A program made the translations under genes and the position numbers. A stretch of 64,000 bases of DNA from Epithemia pelagica (taxonomy: Eukaryota > Protista > Bacillariophyta), in assembly GCA_946965045.2 (NCBI GenBank), contig OX337229.1, positions 186,001-250,000 on the forward strand, written 5' to 3'. The notes beneath the pieces were generated by a model. That model had not been told where the DNA came from. It worked only from the letters and a program-made list of their open reading frames with translations, and searched no databases. Positions 33,469-46,220 of this stretch are shown here, one piece after another. Position 1 is the stretch's first letter. Each line of letters opens with the position of its first letter.

Positions 33469-35289
33469 TTATTCGTCTTGATGTGGTTGCTCTTGTTCTT
33501 GTTCTTGTTGTCGTCGTCGTTCCAAGAGTCGTTCAAGGGCGCGGACAAAGCTGTCGGTATCATCGGCATGGGTTTCATAGAGGGGCGGCAAGAAGGCATG
33601 GTACACCCGGGCCAATCGTTCGTGCACCACGAGGGGAAGTTGATAGGCGGCGGCTTGGGGCAAGGAACCCGTCAATTGCGTGGTAAAATAGGCTTGATTG
33701 TCCCGCGATTGCAACACGGTGACAAGACTGTCACAGGTACAACCCACCGCTGCGGCAAACTGCTCAAAGTGTTGCACGTGGGGGACAATTTGGACGTACT
33801 CCGGTGCAAAGGGCTGCAAACTACTGGGAAGGCTCGTCCCTTGACCCAAGAGACGAATGGAAATTTGTTGTTGTGGTTGTTTTGTCGAATCCATGGTCGT
33901 ATGGTTGGTGCTGTCATTGTTGTCGTACCTCTGATGCAAAAAGGCTTGCAGATAGGACATGTGACGTCGTCGAAAATTTCCCACGACACAAATCGTCGTC
34001 GTCGTTTTTGAAGTAGTGTTGGTGGTGGTGGGGCAGTGACACGAGGAGGGACCCGTCGTGGTGGGAAGTAGCGTTTGGGGATGGACCCGCACCCTGTCAT
34101 GGTTGGTGGTGGCGGTGGTGGTGTGGTTCGAAACCAACAACGGGGGAGGAGACCGTGCCATGGCATCAGTTTGGTGGGAGTGTGCTGCTGGTTTCTCCAC
34201 TCGCGGCAAGACGTAGGGGAAGAGGGTTTGCCAGGCGGGCACCTTGGCATACGGCGTGGTATAAATGGCACGATGCGCTACCGCCGTGGGGAGTTGTGGA
34301 CACGGGCGATGAAAGAAGCAACCATGATTTGGGGTTTGTGGATGGTTGTTCTTGTCGTTGCTGCTGCTCATCATCATCCATTGTATATAGTGGTCGTGAC
34401 AATAACACGAGGCTTCCATCAACGCGTGATACGGGCGGGTCGACAGGGGGCGTTTGGATCCATAGGCGTGTTGCAAGTCGGACCGGGTCGATGCATCCTG
34501 GATGTACTGCAAGGCGGAAAAGGAGGGATGAAAGGACACCAATCGTCCGGCAAATCGAAGATCCGCGTCGTGGTCGTCGTCATTGTCAGTCGCAGTAGCA
34601 GGAGTGGTATGGCGAAAGGAGGAGGAGTGATTGGTGTTCTTGTTGTCGTCGTCAGTGCCGTAGTAGTACGGTGGCTGGTGGTGGGGATACCGATAGGCCA
34701 CATGTTGCATGACATGGGTAAAGTAGTGTCGCCAGTGGGATCCATCGGCCTTGAGGGCGACATCGACCACCACGACGGATTGATTGGTCTGCAAACACAC
34801 CTTGTTGTCGTCGTCAAACCAGGCCCGACGAGGAACCAAGGCCACCATGGACTCCAAGACTTCGGCATGGTAATGTTGACTGTTGAGGATCAAGACGCGA
34901 CAAATGGATTTGGGTGGACGTCCATGTCGTTGGTGTCGTAGGTACTGTTGAAGAGCTCGAGGAGGACTCGACCACCATGCATGATGATTGGGCAAAAAGG
35001 AAGAAGCCAAGGAGGACGGTGGCAACCAGGAAAACTCTTTTGGTTCCTTTGTGTTGGTTGTGGTGGCATTGGTTGGGGAGGAAACTGCTTTTGGTTGTGG
35101 TTGTTGTCGAATGGCCCAGCCTCCGGATGGATTTTTTCGAGTGACAATTGTCCAATACAGTACCCGTCCCACTTGAACGACCACCAACAGGAGGACAACA
35201 CTCCACACGAGACATGGTTTTTGAGTTGTAGTAGGCTTGGTGGGAGCCCGAATTCGACGAGTCGCCGTGGTAATGGTCGTTTCCAACAT
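33469..35289 (-). CDS. Type II membrane protein, possibly glycosyltransferase-like
   Basis: One N-terminal TM segment (LVWSVVLLLVVVQVGRVLYW), a stem region, then TICVVGNF, IRLLG, TGSLPQAAAYQLPLVV resembling a GT-B C-terminal half. The function call is tentative. Confidence 0.6.
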   Translation of the reverse strand: MLETTITTATRRIRAPTKPTTTQKPCLVWSVVLLLVVVQVGRVLYWTIVTRKNPSGGWAIRQQPQPKAVSSPTNATTTNTKEPKEFSWLPPSSLASSFLPNHHAWWSSPPRALQQYLRHQRHGRPPKSICRVLILNSQHYHAEVLESMVALVPRRAWFDDDNKVCLQTNQSVVVVDVALKADGSHWRHYFTHVMQHVAYRYPHHQPPYYYGTDDDNKNTNHSSSFRHTTPATATDNDDDHDADLRFAGRLVSFHPSFSALQYIQDASTRSDLQHAYGSKRPLSTRPYHALMEASCYCHDHYIQWMMMSSSNDKNNHPQTPNHGCFFHRPCPQLPTAVAHRAIYTTPYAKVPAWQTLFPYVLPRVEKPAAHSHQTDAMARSPPPLLVSNHTTTATTNHDRVRVHPQTLLPTTTGPSSCHCPTTTNTTSKTTTTICVVGNFRRRHMSYLQAFLHQRYDNNDSTNHTTMDSTKQPQQQISIRLLGQGTSLPSSLQPFAPEYVQIVPHVQHFEQFAAAVGCTCDSLVTVLQSRDNQAYFTTQLTGSLPQAAAYQLPLVVHERLARVYHAFLPPLYETHADDTDSFVRALERLLERRRQQEQEQEQPHQDE

Positions 35290-35900
35290 ATTGTGCTTGC
35301 CTTCGTTCTGTCTTTCGTGGATCTAAATGCGCTGCAGTGGTTGTTGTTGTTGTGGCCAAGATGGATCGAATAGAAAAGCTCTGGCAATCGTCTTCCAATG
35401 CGGACGACGCATTGCTCTCTAGAAAAAATGAGAGCCCAAACGCGACTTAGATGCGTTCCATTTGGATACCGAGCGGTACTCCGATTCGTTTCCACGTCAC
35501 TCGACTCCCTCCGACGTAAGACGTCTCTTTTATTTTGTAAGGTTAAGAGTTAGCCGGTTCTCTCGAGTGTCTCCAATGGTGTCAATGAAAGCACAAAAGC
35601 AAGAGAATCTCGAGCATAGCAGAGAGAGAGAAAGAAAGACAACGACGGTTCCTCCCTTGGCCATTCTCTGTCGCAGGACTCTTGCCGAATCTCTGCTGTT
35701 GAGATTTGTTGAGCCCAAAAAAAGAGGAGTGCAAGTCTGGACAAGACGAAATTCGGTCGTGATTCATTCGGAACTCGCTAGACCAAGAGCCATCACTGTT
35801 CACAGTATCTCTACAAGCAATACACAGACGGACGGATTGAAACATTCGGCTCGTCGAGTCTCGGCAGTTACGCTCGACACATATTTATCCGACAGTTACC

Positions 35901-38900
35901 ATGACAACCTACCGACCCTCCTTGTCGACCTTGTCGTCGACGGCCTCGACCAATACTTCGGTCAGTGTCAGTAATAGTAGTACGAACAGCATCCTCCCCC
36001 ATTCAACCACAACAACGACAACCAGTTCGTGGAACGATCGCGCCCCCGCCTGGGACTTGAATCCCTTGTTTGGACGACACGACGAATCGCAACTCTTGCA
36101 TCAATTGTTATTACGGCAACGACAACCACAGTCCACTAGCAACACCAATACCAACCATGCGTGTGGTCCGACCGTCGTGGTCTTGCACGGTGCCGCGGGG
36201 AGTGGCAAATCGGCCTTGGTGCACAATCAACCCTAGCAAGAAGAGGGATGGTGGTTGGCCACGGGAAAATTTGGCAGCAGCAATAGCAATCATAGCAGTA
36301 CGAGGCACAACGACAACAACACCAATACGACGCAACCACGGTCTCGTCCAACAAGTCCTAGTAATGCGACTCCTACAACCGTAGCCAGTCATCGTCGTCG
36401 AGCCACATCCTTGGCGACCACCACAACTGCTACTGCTACTACTCCATGGAACAGCAGTCCGTCCACCGTCTCGGACGACGACGAGGAGGAGGAGGCATCG
36501 TCCAATCCAACCGTCCTGCGCGAACCCCCCTATGCAGCCTTGGTGCAAGCCATTCAAGAATTGGTGACGCAGTGGCAACGACAAGAACAACCACAACAAG
36601 CTTTGGATGACTTGTTGCAAGATGACATGGTTCCCTTTTTGCAACATGTCTTGCCCGACACGGTCTATCAGGCCCTTTGTGCCACAACGAGTCGACGACG
36701 ACACCGACAACCAAGAGCAAAATCAATTGTACCACCCGAACCAAGAAGAAGAACAAGAACAACAGGAGAACCTTCCTCCCTACTACCAACGAACGAGACT
36801 GAATCGAAGCAACCACAGCAACAACAAGACGATACTACAATCCCTCTGGAGGAACCTAATACTGCAACAACCACCAAGGATTGGCTGTCGAATCCATCGG
36901 CCGACGTGTCCACCATGGAATGTGTGCATGCTAGTTTTGTCCGACTCTTTTTTGGTTTGTGTCAAGGACGTCTTGTATTTGCACAATGTGCATTTGGCCG
37001 ATGCCGCCAGTTGGCAAGTCTTGCACAGTTTGGCAACGTCGGACGAATTGCATCAATTGCTCTTGATTTTGACCTATCGGGACGATGAAGTTCCAGACGA
37101 CACTCATGCCATGTTTCAACTCTTGACCAGCATTGCCAATCATCATGCACAACCACAACCACAACAGCAACAAGAACAAAACGAACAACCTTCCACGTCG
37201 ACGGTCGAAGAACAAAAAGAATATCAAACAGGAGAACAACCACACCAACAATCCCAAGAACCTCTCGACTCGATCAAGAGAGACACAGAACAGGTCCCTC
37301 GCTATTACAACATTGAAGTCCGGAATCTCGATGTGAACAGTGTCAATGACCTTGTCGCATCCTTAACCAATCGAATGTCGGACGAAACACTGCCCTTATC
37401 TCGGGTCATTCACCAAAAAACACATGGCAATCCCTTTTTTGTCATGCACTTTTTGCAAATGTTGCGACACGAAGATTTTTTTCGCTATTCCTTTTTTACG
37501 GCCCAGTGGGAATGGGGCGATGTCCAAAAACTGGAAAGTGCCGCCACGGTATCCGACAATGTGGCCGATGTCGTGGCGGCCACGTTGGAAAAATTGCCCG
37601 AATCGACGCGGGTCGCCCTCCAAGTGGCTGCCTGTTTGGGCAAGATTATTCCCCTTCACGTGTTGGTGGAATGGTTTGATTGTTATGACGATGCCCAAGC
37701 CGGGACCACCTGTTCCAAGGGCCTGTGGCATATTCAACAACAAGGATTGCACAGTGTCTTGGACAATGCCGTCCAGGTGGCCATTTTGATTCGACCCAAG
37801 GGACAAGATGCCTACATGTGGGCCCATGACAAACTCCAAACCGTGGCCTATTCTCTCATTCCACCCGTCCAACGCCCCAAGTTCCATTTGCGACTGGGAC
37901 GACTCTTGTGGAATATGAGTCAACGGTATCCGGACGAAGAATGGATGGTATTCATGGCAGCCGAACAAATGAATCGATATTCCGAACTGCAAAATGCCAG
38001 TCAAAAGGAACAAGAGCAACCCGACGAAGTGTTGGGAGTCGAAGTGGCCACGCTGTGTCTCGAAGCGGCTCGATTGTCCTTGGCCAAATCCGCCTTGTAT
38101 CCCGCCTACGATATGCTCCAGGCCGGTGTCAAGCACTTGAATGTTCCCGACAAGTGGAAGAATCACTATGAGTTGTGTTTGAAATTGTACAGTACCGTAG
38201 CAGAACTCTCGATTCAATTGGGCAAGGGTCGTCACAAGGTCTTGTCGGCCATTTGTGAAGTGGAAACCAATGCGCAGTCCTTGGAAGATAAGTTTCGCGT
38301 CCAAATGGTTCATTTGAAGCATATTACCAGTGGAACGGATCGGAATTATGAACGTGGAATGGAAACGGCCATGGAAATTCTCAAAACATATGGTGTTCGC
38401 TTGCCCAACAAGCTCTTGCCGGGTGCCATGATGTTGGAATGCAACAAACTGCGACGAAGACTGCCAGGAGGCAAACTAGAAGGCTTTCTGGAACTTCCAA
38501 CCATGACAGACACCAAGTCACGGAACATTATGAAACTCTTGTCCTCGTGCGGGATTTTTACCATGATGTCGACCAAGTCCAACAAAAGTCTGGGATGGTT
38601 TACCGCCGTGCGAGGGCTCAACCTATCCACCGAAAAGGGTGTGACGGAGGAAACTGCCATGGCCATTGTGACATTGGGTAGTGCGCTTCGAGCACAGGGT
38701 AATCTCAAGGATGCCAATGAATACGGCGAACTTGGTCTCAAGCTGTTGGGCCGATTCCCCGAAACGGTAGGATCCTTGCACGCTGCCGTCATGTCCGCGG
38801 CCATTGGAGGCGTGTTCACATCCACCAAACCACTGAACAATGTACTGGACTTGTGGTTGGAAGCCCATCATGTTGGCCTTCGAACGGGAAAAACGGAAAA

Positions 38901-40068
38901 GGCCGCTGGGTCCATTTTATCCTATGCCCTTACATATATAACCTGTGGATTGCCCCTCGATCCGTTAATGTCGGATTTGAAAGAATTTGAAAAGGAAGTC
39001 ATTCAGTTCAATCCACCCGGTACAATTTTGGCCGTGTTCAAGATTTTGCAACAATTCATTCTCAACCTTCGAGAACCTACTGGACGGAATCCCACGCTCC
39101 TCAAGGGCGACGTCATGCATCCGTATAAACTCTTGTCCACGTTTTCTGGCAATGCCCACATTATGACCAAGCCAGATATGGACACCTTTAGCTTGCTCCT
39201 GGCACTCATTTATGGTGAATCGGGTGAGGCAGAGAGATTAATTGGAAAACTCGAACCCTTTCTCGAAAATGACTTTTTCTATGTTCGATCGTCCATGCGG
39301 AGGTCCGTTGTGGCATTGGCTGCCTTCAAGATTAGCCGAAACAATGGCAAGCGCAAGCTTCGCATGTTGGCTCGCAAGATTATGAAAGATTGTCGAGAAA
39401 AACTCAAAAATGGCAATGTCAACACCTTGCCAATTTACACCATGCTCGAAGCCGAAGAATCTCCATCCAAGGCTCGGTATGACCATGCCATTCGGTTGTG
39501 TGCCCGCCTGGGACTCATCCTTTTTGAGGCCTACATGTGCGAACAAGCAGGCCTCTTTTTTCTGGAACAAAAGGACGAAGACTGGGCCGAGTTTTACCTG
39601 GCTCAGGCGTTTTGCTTGTGCGAAGATTGGGGAGCCCGAGGCAAGGCGCAGCGTCTCAAGGAAGAGCATCCCCAGTTGCTCCGATCGTCCCTCCGAGAAC
39701 GCGCCAATACCGCCTTGAAGGGACGGACACGGTATTCTTCCACCCACACCGATCTACTCAAACACTTTGATTGGGAACGTCTCAGTACCTCCGTCTCTCG
39801 AACGTCCTCAACCAATTCGCTGGGCCTGATGAAATCCAGCAGCAGTGACAGCAATCTGGCGGGAATGACCAAGTTACATGGTGGTGGCAGCAGCACACTG
39901 GGAGGTGACGACACTGGGGATGACGCCACATTGTCGGTATCCGATGACACGAGAAGTGAAATGGGAAGCAGTATTAGTGGTCATTCTCGAAGGCGGACGA
40001 GCGAAAATGGTTCCACAACCAGTGGTCCAGTGGTTGGGAATTTTGACGTTTCCAGTCCCTTGTATTAA
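35901..40068 (+). pseudogene. COG3899/AAA_16-like STAND ATPase with an in-frame TAG (36234-36236) and a frameshift near 36965
   Basis: LFGR..E, Walker A HGAAGSGKS, then NQP*QEEGWWLATGKF in the same frame. The frame changes between RLFFGLCQG and VLYLHNVHLAD. The rest is open to 40068 (THGNPFFV, YMWAHDKLQTVAYSL). Confidence 0.8.
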
Positions 40069-40572
40069 TACTAGCTCCTCGGTTGTTTTGCCCTCTGTCC
40101 TGGCTTTACAATTATTTGCCAGAACGCTCTGGGTAACTATCGACCCGGAAACGCAAACCGAGACATGATTCTCATCTTGGCCGTATTTTTTTTTTCAATT
40201 TTGCATCGCAAGAAATCGCGTTCCAGAAGGATAGTTCTCATTCCCAATGCAAATTGCACCAGATGTGAAAAGACAGTCATGGATAGATACAACACACTCA
40301 CGGAGATCCAACCACGGCGACTGGTCCGCCCGACCTGACACTTGTGTTTGCGTAAAATTGTTGTACCAGCAGATGACTCGACCGGCGTTGAATCTGTGGC
40401 CGGCGATCATTCAGAAGACCGGCCGGCTTGATTCGTACGTGTTTAAAGCGTCCTAGAAGCGAACCAAAACTGGATCGCCCTTCGGCGCCACGAATCATTC
40501 GCGCGCGACTGGGGGCACGTCTGGGGCTGGCAACTTCAGACAATTCATTTTCTTCATTTTTCGACACACACC

Positions 40573-42003
40573 ATGAACAATCACAAGCGCAAGCGCACCA
40601 CCAATACCATTGACTTTCACAAGGATTTCAAGGAGCCAACAGCGCAGGATCGAAAGGATGCTTTGGGCCAATTTCCCTCCTCCGAGCATCGACCGAATAC
40701 CTTATGGGCAACAACGAAAGCCGACCAGTTGGACGACCTGGATCGACCCTTCTTGTACCAACCCACGAGTGAGACCAACAAACCCGTGCCCAAGCCAAGG
40801 GACGAGCTGGATTGGTTGGCGCAACTCAGCGAGGACGGTCAATCCTTTCAAGACTATGTCCAGTTTCAAACACTACGCTCGGGCCGGCTCCGACCCATTG
40901 CCAATGGAAAGGGCTCGACCATTTGCTTGTTGCCCATTCTCGAACACGACAACAACGACAACATGTCTCGATCCACTCAAGACGTCAATGACAAAGATCC
41001 AGAGGATGGCACGTCTCAACCAGATGAAAATGTCACTGTGGTTGATCGAGTAGACACGCACCAAGACGGAGCCAACCATGCACAATGGCCCCAAGGAGCA
41101 CCACCACTCGAGTCACTGGTCGACATGACGCAAGCCTTTTTTGGCCGACCGGTCCGTCTCCTACCTCCTGCCTTGGTATCTCGACAATCCGCGCCTCGGA
41201 CAAGTACCAAAACACCAGGCGCCGTGTTTGCCACCAAGAAGCACGAGAGTCGATTTCGGATCCAATTCCTGGACGACGACAACAAGAGTGCCTCCGCTAG
41301 GGTTGTCCTGGAAAGCCAGTTGTCGGGCCGGTACGACGCCCCCACCAATCGATACCAATTGTCTGTGGACTCTGTCTTGGGCGAATTGGGACACTTTCGA
41401 TCGCACGTGTTTCCACACGAAAATTTTTGCATCATGGGAATTACCATGCAAGACTTGTACGATGGTCCGCAAGATTTGTTTTGTGCCGGCATGGCGGCCG
41501 GCGGCAGTAAAGTGGCCGTCTTTTCCTTTGCTCGCTATCATCCAACCCTCCGAATGAGTCCGTTGCATTGGTGGGACTATGGATACCAAACGACGTGTGG
41601 CACGTATTCCTACTTTGAACCGGAGGAACGACCCAAGGGACTCGCCGCACAACCACCCGTCCAACTGTCGGGTCGTGGAACCGTGGAATTTCTCCGACGG
41701 GCCAGCAAATTGGTGAACCACGAATTGGGCCATTTGTATGGGTTGGATCACTGCATTTATTACAATTGTCTCATGAGAGGGACGGGTCATTTGGTCGAGG
41801 ACTTTGCCGCACCCTTTCACGTGTGTGGCATTTGTTTGCGAAAGCTGCAGTGGCGTCTCGGCTTTCATGTCCAAGCTCGGTACCACGAATTGGAGCGCGT
41901 CTTGAAAAAGACCATGGGGAACACCAGCCAAGAGGCGGCGTGGGCCAAACGGCAAGCGACGCACATTCAGAAAAGGCGCAAACAAGAGTCGGATCAACCG
42001 TAG
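40573..42003 (+). CDS. Archaemetzincin (peptidase M54) zinc metalloprotease
   Basis: HELGHLYGLDH zinc motif followed by CIYYNCLMRG and CGICLRKL. Also GITMQDLY and VFSFARY. Confidence 0.92.
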   Translation: MNNHKRKRTTNTIDFHKDFKEPTAQDRKDALGQFPSSEHRPNTLWATTKADQLDDLDRPFLYQPTSETNKPVPKPRDELDWLAQLSEDGQSFQDYVQFQTLRSGRLRPIANGKGSTICLLPILEHDNNDNMSRSTQDVNDKDPEDGTSQPDENVTVVDRVDTHQDGANHAQWPQGAPPLESLVDMTQAFFGRPVRLLPPALVSRQSAPRTSTKTPGAVFATKKHESRFRIQFLDDDNKSASARVVLESQLSGRYDAPTNRYQLSVDSVLGELGHFRSHVFPHENFCIMGITMQDLYDGPQDLFCAGMAAGGSKVAVFSFARYHPTLRMSPLHWWDYGYQTTCGTYSYFEPEERPKGLAAQPPVQLSGRGTVEFLRRASKLVNHELGHLYGLDHCIYYNCLMRGTGHLVEDFAAPFHVCGICLRKLQWRLGFHVQARYHELERVLKKTMGNTSQEAAWAKRQATHIQKRRKQESDQP

Positions 42004-42179
42004 ATGTTATTTGACGATATGCCACCAACCATAACTCGTTTTTTAGTTTGGTTTCATTGACTTTGTTGCAATAGTTCAATTGGTGACGTGGCAATTCACA
42101 ATCGATGACATGTCACTTTCAATCTCTTTTGGCCGTATTACTTATCGAGAAATATTCCATCTATATAGATAGCTACAAA

Positions 42180-45100
42180 CTAACTTTGTTGGAACCAATG
42201 GCTGGACAAGAACTCACCGTGGATCTGTCCCAAAAACCATTCATCGTCTCCGTCGTTGTCGTCGCTGTCACTCTTGTCGTCATCCGTCAAGGATGAGGAA
42301 CTTGAGCCATTGTCCGAGTCATGGTCGTCGTCCATGGAAAAGGAACCAGTCAGTAACAAGGTTGAATTCACAATGGGTCGTGCCATCACGGTTGGATCAG
42401 CTCTGGTGGTCGTCGGTGTCGATTGGTCACGCTGATTTTGCTCCGACCCGTCTCCTTCCGTGACGCTTTTATTACAGGTATGGATTCCATCCTCCAAGGC
42501 ATGGATCATGTCGTCGCGTTTGCGTCTCTTTCGGTGAATGCTCGAATGCTGATGTTGAACAGGGGCTGATTCGTATGGCTCCGTGGAAGCTGCCGCGACA
42601 CGCGATTCTCTCTTGTTTGCATCGGGGACCAGTTTTTCGGTTATTGGTACCGATTCTCGTGGGGCGTTTTCGACATTGTACAGCATGGAACCCGTCATGA
42701 GGACGGAAGACGAATACGCGGAGGAGTGTTGTGTGGACAGGGTCCGAATGGGCACGGGTGGTGGTGGTATTACTGGGAACACCATGGTATCGTCGTCCAT
42801 GCTCATCCTTGCAACGCTTTGATGTGTCGACGTTTGCGATAATGACACAGTGTCCCGAGAAGGCGTAGAGTCGAGAGTCGTATCAGGATCAACCTTCTTT
42901 TCATCGCTGCATTCTTTGTCCAGACGCAGTGCGGGTGAAGGAATCAGGGTGGGCATTGAACCGAACAACTCTCTACCAGTACTAGTCTGCAATGATGGAA
43001 GAGAAGCCTTTGCTTCGTTGGCAAAAATTCCTCGAACGTGGGGCTCCTGCTTCTTGTCTGGTCCGTCCAGCACCTGGTCGGCAAAGCGAACTTGTTTGAC
43101 AGATCGACTGGGCGAGGGAGTTTGGGGTAGTGTGTTTTGGCTGTGAGTTGGATGAATGGGAGAAGAAGAGGACACAATGGCAATGGACGTGTCCCGCCTA
43201 CTGCTGATGTTGTTGTTGTTGTCAGGATCTTGGAGCTGCCCCTGATCAGCCACTTGTCGCACAGTCTCTCCCACCAACAAGGACGAAGAGGAGGTGGCCC
43301 TTACGCCATGGCGATGATTGGGCAACCCTTGAAATGACTCGTCCTCGTCGTCGGCGAGGGAGGGTACAACAAAGTCGGCCGAATTGGTAATACTGGAATC
43401 CATGGAAAAGGTATCACTCCATAAAATTGTGGTATTGCCATGGATCTCATGCCGTAGAGATGACGTATATGCATCTCCCCAATTTCGCAACATGCCGCCA
43501 TTCTCATTGTCCACGTCATGGTGATGCTGATTATATTGTTCAGGATTCGTTTTCTCCAGAAGTGCTGCTGCTGTGGATTCACTGTCGACGACGCTGTCGG
43601 TGGTCGCATTCCAGGGCGATGGCACTGCACCAAATCGATCGGAAAGAAAGAGTGAATCCTTGGAGTCGTTTCCATTCGTCTGACCACCCTTGTTTTCGTC
43701 ATCGTCACTTGAATCGTGTGGGTGGTTCATGATCCCAACCACGGCCGAGTCGGTCGTATCTTCTTGTTGTTGTTGTTGTTGTTGCGGTTGTGCTTCATCT
43801 CGGTCCATGACCGTTCCCATCATAAGGACGGACGAATCTTGTGGACTGGATGTTCCAGCGGTCGTCAGTGTAGTACCCAATCGTGAGGGATCCTTGTTCC
43901 AGTTCAAAACCGGACCGCGCTTGGATGTGCTCGTTGGTGAAGAGGTGGTGGCAATGGTGGTGGTTGCCATGACATTGGGATTGGAGGACGACAATGACGA
44001 TGACGATAACAGGGTTTGGGCCGCTACCGACGTGCAAGTCCGATTCTTGTTGCCCGACGCGGATGATGCACCATTGTTGCTGCTGGAAAAGAAGCGCAAT
44101 CGCGAGCGTTGTGCTGGTGCTTGTTGTGGACTGCGTGGGGGAGAATCCACCCCGGTACTTTCAAAGGCGGTGCTCGTAATGCTTCCACCTCCTCCTCTTC
44201 CACCTCCTCCATTGTTTCTAGTACCATTAGGTGGAACAGCACCAACAGTATTATCCATCGATGCTAAGGAAAACAAGTTGCCGCCGCCACCACCATGTTC
44301 CACATCCGGAGAACCTGAGGAAGGAGAAAAGACGATGGTCACTTCCTTATTATTGGCATCATTGGGGTTGATGGTTCGTCGAGCGTGTGCCGATTTGGTA
44401 TAGACACGATAGCCGGCCGTCAACAGGACCAGTGCTACGACGGGTACCACCAAGGCCAAGGCCACCAAACCGGAATTGGGTGAGGAGGATGAATTATTGG
44501 AAGACGACGAGGGGTCATTGTCGCTTTCCAGCTCTTGGTTGGAAGAACCAGAATCGTGGGTCACCGTTTCGGTTGTCGTAATGGTGGTTGTGGTGGCGGC
44601 GCTGCTCGTTGTAATGGCAGTGCCGTCTTCGTTTTCTTCCTCCGTGGGAACTGGGGATTCTGTTGGTTCCAAAGATGGTTCCAAAGATGGTTCCAAAGAT
44701 GGTTCCAAAGATGGCTCCAAAGATGGCTCTATGGAGGGTTCGAAAGATGGCTCCTCTGAGGGAATTGTCGATGGAATGTCAGAGGGAGCCGGGGACTCAC
44801 CATGAACTTGGAGTGCCGTGGTGACATGATTGGAAAAGTGAATGTCCGTGACCCAACTGTAGACATGTTGAATCGAGGTCAAAAAGTCGTGCGAAGTCAT
44901 GGCGGCTTGGACACAGGCCAAGACGTCTTGTTCCGTGACGGATTGCGGCGGGACAGATTGTTGCCACCACAAGGAAGGAGGATCAGACTGCTGCACGTCA
45001 AATTCCATGTATCCTCCGACAATGTGTACGGCCGCCCCATGTTGACCGATACAGGTGGGTGTCCCCAAGACGGTGTGCCGTGGAGTCAGAGCCAGATTGC

Positions 45101-45476
45101 ACTGTTGTGGATTGGGTTGTGGTTGTTGTTGATTGGTTTGTTGATGTAATTGTTGTAATGTCGCATAGCGATGCAAAATATCTTGGGCGGCATTTCGCAT
45201 AGTCAGGGCCATGGGAGAGCCACAGGGAATGGGAATGCTCAAGACCGAATCCAAGACATAGTGGGCAATGGGAACACGAAAAGAATTGGAGAGCTGCTGG
45301 GATTGTGGTTCGCCGCCAAAAGTAGTGTGTTCAGTTGGATCCAACACGTTGTAATTGCTGCTGTGTTGACTCTGAGTCGTTGCTTGCAGCAAGGATGTGG
45401 CAGTCGTTCGGGTCGACCATCCCACAACAGCCAGTAGAATCCAATCCAAGAGGCGAATCCGTAGTAGTTGGTTCAT
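42180..45476 (-). CDS. Type I membrane protein: signal peptide, small Cys-containing ectodomain, EPS repeat stalk, TM helix, long disordered tail
   Basis: MNQLLRIRLLDWILLAVVGWS; PSEEPSFEPSIEPSL(EPSL)n; TM GLVALALVVPVVALVLLTAGY. Single open frame of 1098 aa. Confidence 0.8.
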   Translation of the reverse strand: MNQLLRIRLLDWILLAVVGWSTRTTATSLLQATTQSQHSSNYNVLDPTEHTTFGGEPQSQQLSNSFRVPIAHYVLDSVLSIPIPCGSPMALTMRNAAQDILHRYATLQQLHQQTNQQQPQPNPQQCNLALTPRHTVLGTPTCIGQHGAAVHIVGGYMEFDVQQSDPPSLWWQQSVPPQSVTEQDVLACVQAAMTSHDFLTSIQHVYSWVTDIHFSNHVTTALQVHGESPAPSDIPSTIPSEEPSFEPSIEPSLEPSLEPSLEPSLEPSLEPTESPVPTEEENEDGTAITTSSAATTTTITTTETVTHDSGSSNQELESDNDPSSSSNNSSSSPNSGLVALALVVPVVALVLLTAGYRVYTKSAHARRTINPNDANNKEVTIVFSPSSGSPDVEHGGGGGNLFSLASMDNTVGAVPPNGTRNNGGGGRGGGGSITSTAFESTGVDSPPRSPQQAPAQRSRLRFFSSSNNGASSASGNKNRTCTSVAAQTLLSSSSLSSSNPNVMATTTIATTSSPTSTSKRGPVLNWNKDPSRLGTTLTTAGTSSPQDSSVLMMGTVMDRDEAQPQQQQQQQEDTTDSAVVGIMNHPHDSSDDDENKGGQTNGNDSKDSLFLSDRFGAVPSPWNATTDSVVDSESTAAALLEKTNPEQYNQHHHDVDNENGGMLRNWGDAYTSSLRHEIHGNTTILWSDTFSMDSSITNSADFVVPSLADDEDESFQGLPNHRHGVRATSSSSLLVGETVRQVADQGQLQDPDNNNNISSRRDTSIAIVSSSSPIHPTHSQNTLPQTPSPSRSVKQVRFADQVLDGPDKKQEPHVRGIFANEAKASLPSLQTSTGRELFGSMPTLIPSPALRLDKECSDEKKVDPDTTLDSTPSRDTVSLSQTSTHQSVARMSMDDDTMVFPVIPPPPVPIRTLSTQHSSAYSSSVLMTGSMLYNVENAPRESVPITEKLVPDANKRESRVAAASTEPYESAPVQHQHSSIHRKRRKRDDMIHALEDGIHTCNKSVTEGDGSEQNQRDQSTPTTTRADPTVMARPIVNSTLLLTGSFSMDDDHDSDNGSSSSSLTDDDKSDSDDNDGDDEWFLGQIHGEFLSSHWFQQS
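44665..44762 (-). repeat. 12-bp coding minisatellite (ggttccaaagat)n encoding EPSL repeats
   Basis: Read directly from the sequence. Confidence 0.9.
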
Positions 45477-46220
45477 GATCTGATGATGGTGGTGTGCAAT
45501 AGGATATTATTAGAAAAGAGGAATGGAAAGAGTCAAGGAAACGGAGCGGCTCCTTCCTTCCGGTGAGTGTCGTACCAAACAAATTGTTGGAACCGCACTA
45601 TTTTTTTGGCTTAGAGACGTTGACATGCACACACAATCGACAGATCAAAAATAGGACAGTCGCTGCTGCTGAATCCAATTTTTGGATTGCTTTCTCTCTC
45701 AGAGACTGACCGTGTGTGGACCAGAGAGGGTCGCTGATGTAGTATTACTCTCTACCTATAGAGGTAGAGAGGTATTTCTTCGATATATAGCATGGCTTGT
45801 GTGTTTTGTAAATACTCTATCTCTCTCCCGGGCTCCCAAAAAAGTGGTGTTCGGTCGAGGGAATATGAGACGATCCAAAATTTGACATTCCCGGAAGACA
45901 CGCCCGGCGATCTGAACCGCAACCACCAAGTTGGCGCCTTTTTTTCGGGGGCGGTCTATCAAATTTTTGATCTTGCTCTTGGTCTTGATATCTACCTCAA
46001 CGATCTATCCATAGAATATTATAGAGACCGTCGCATCCAAAAGCACTGACCACACACAACCTTGCTATCGGCAATCGGCAGATTGAAAAGATACACACAA
46101 AATCAATGTGATAGTATTAACCCACACATGAAGCGACAAAAGATCGTGATTACCTTGGCCTTTAGGAAGCACAACGACAGACAACGGTCAGAGTCATAAA
46201 GTAACAGTGACAGAGAAACC

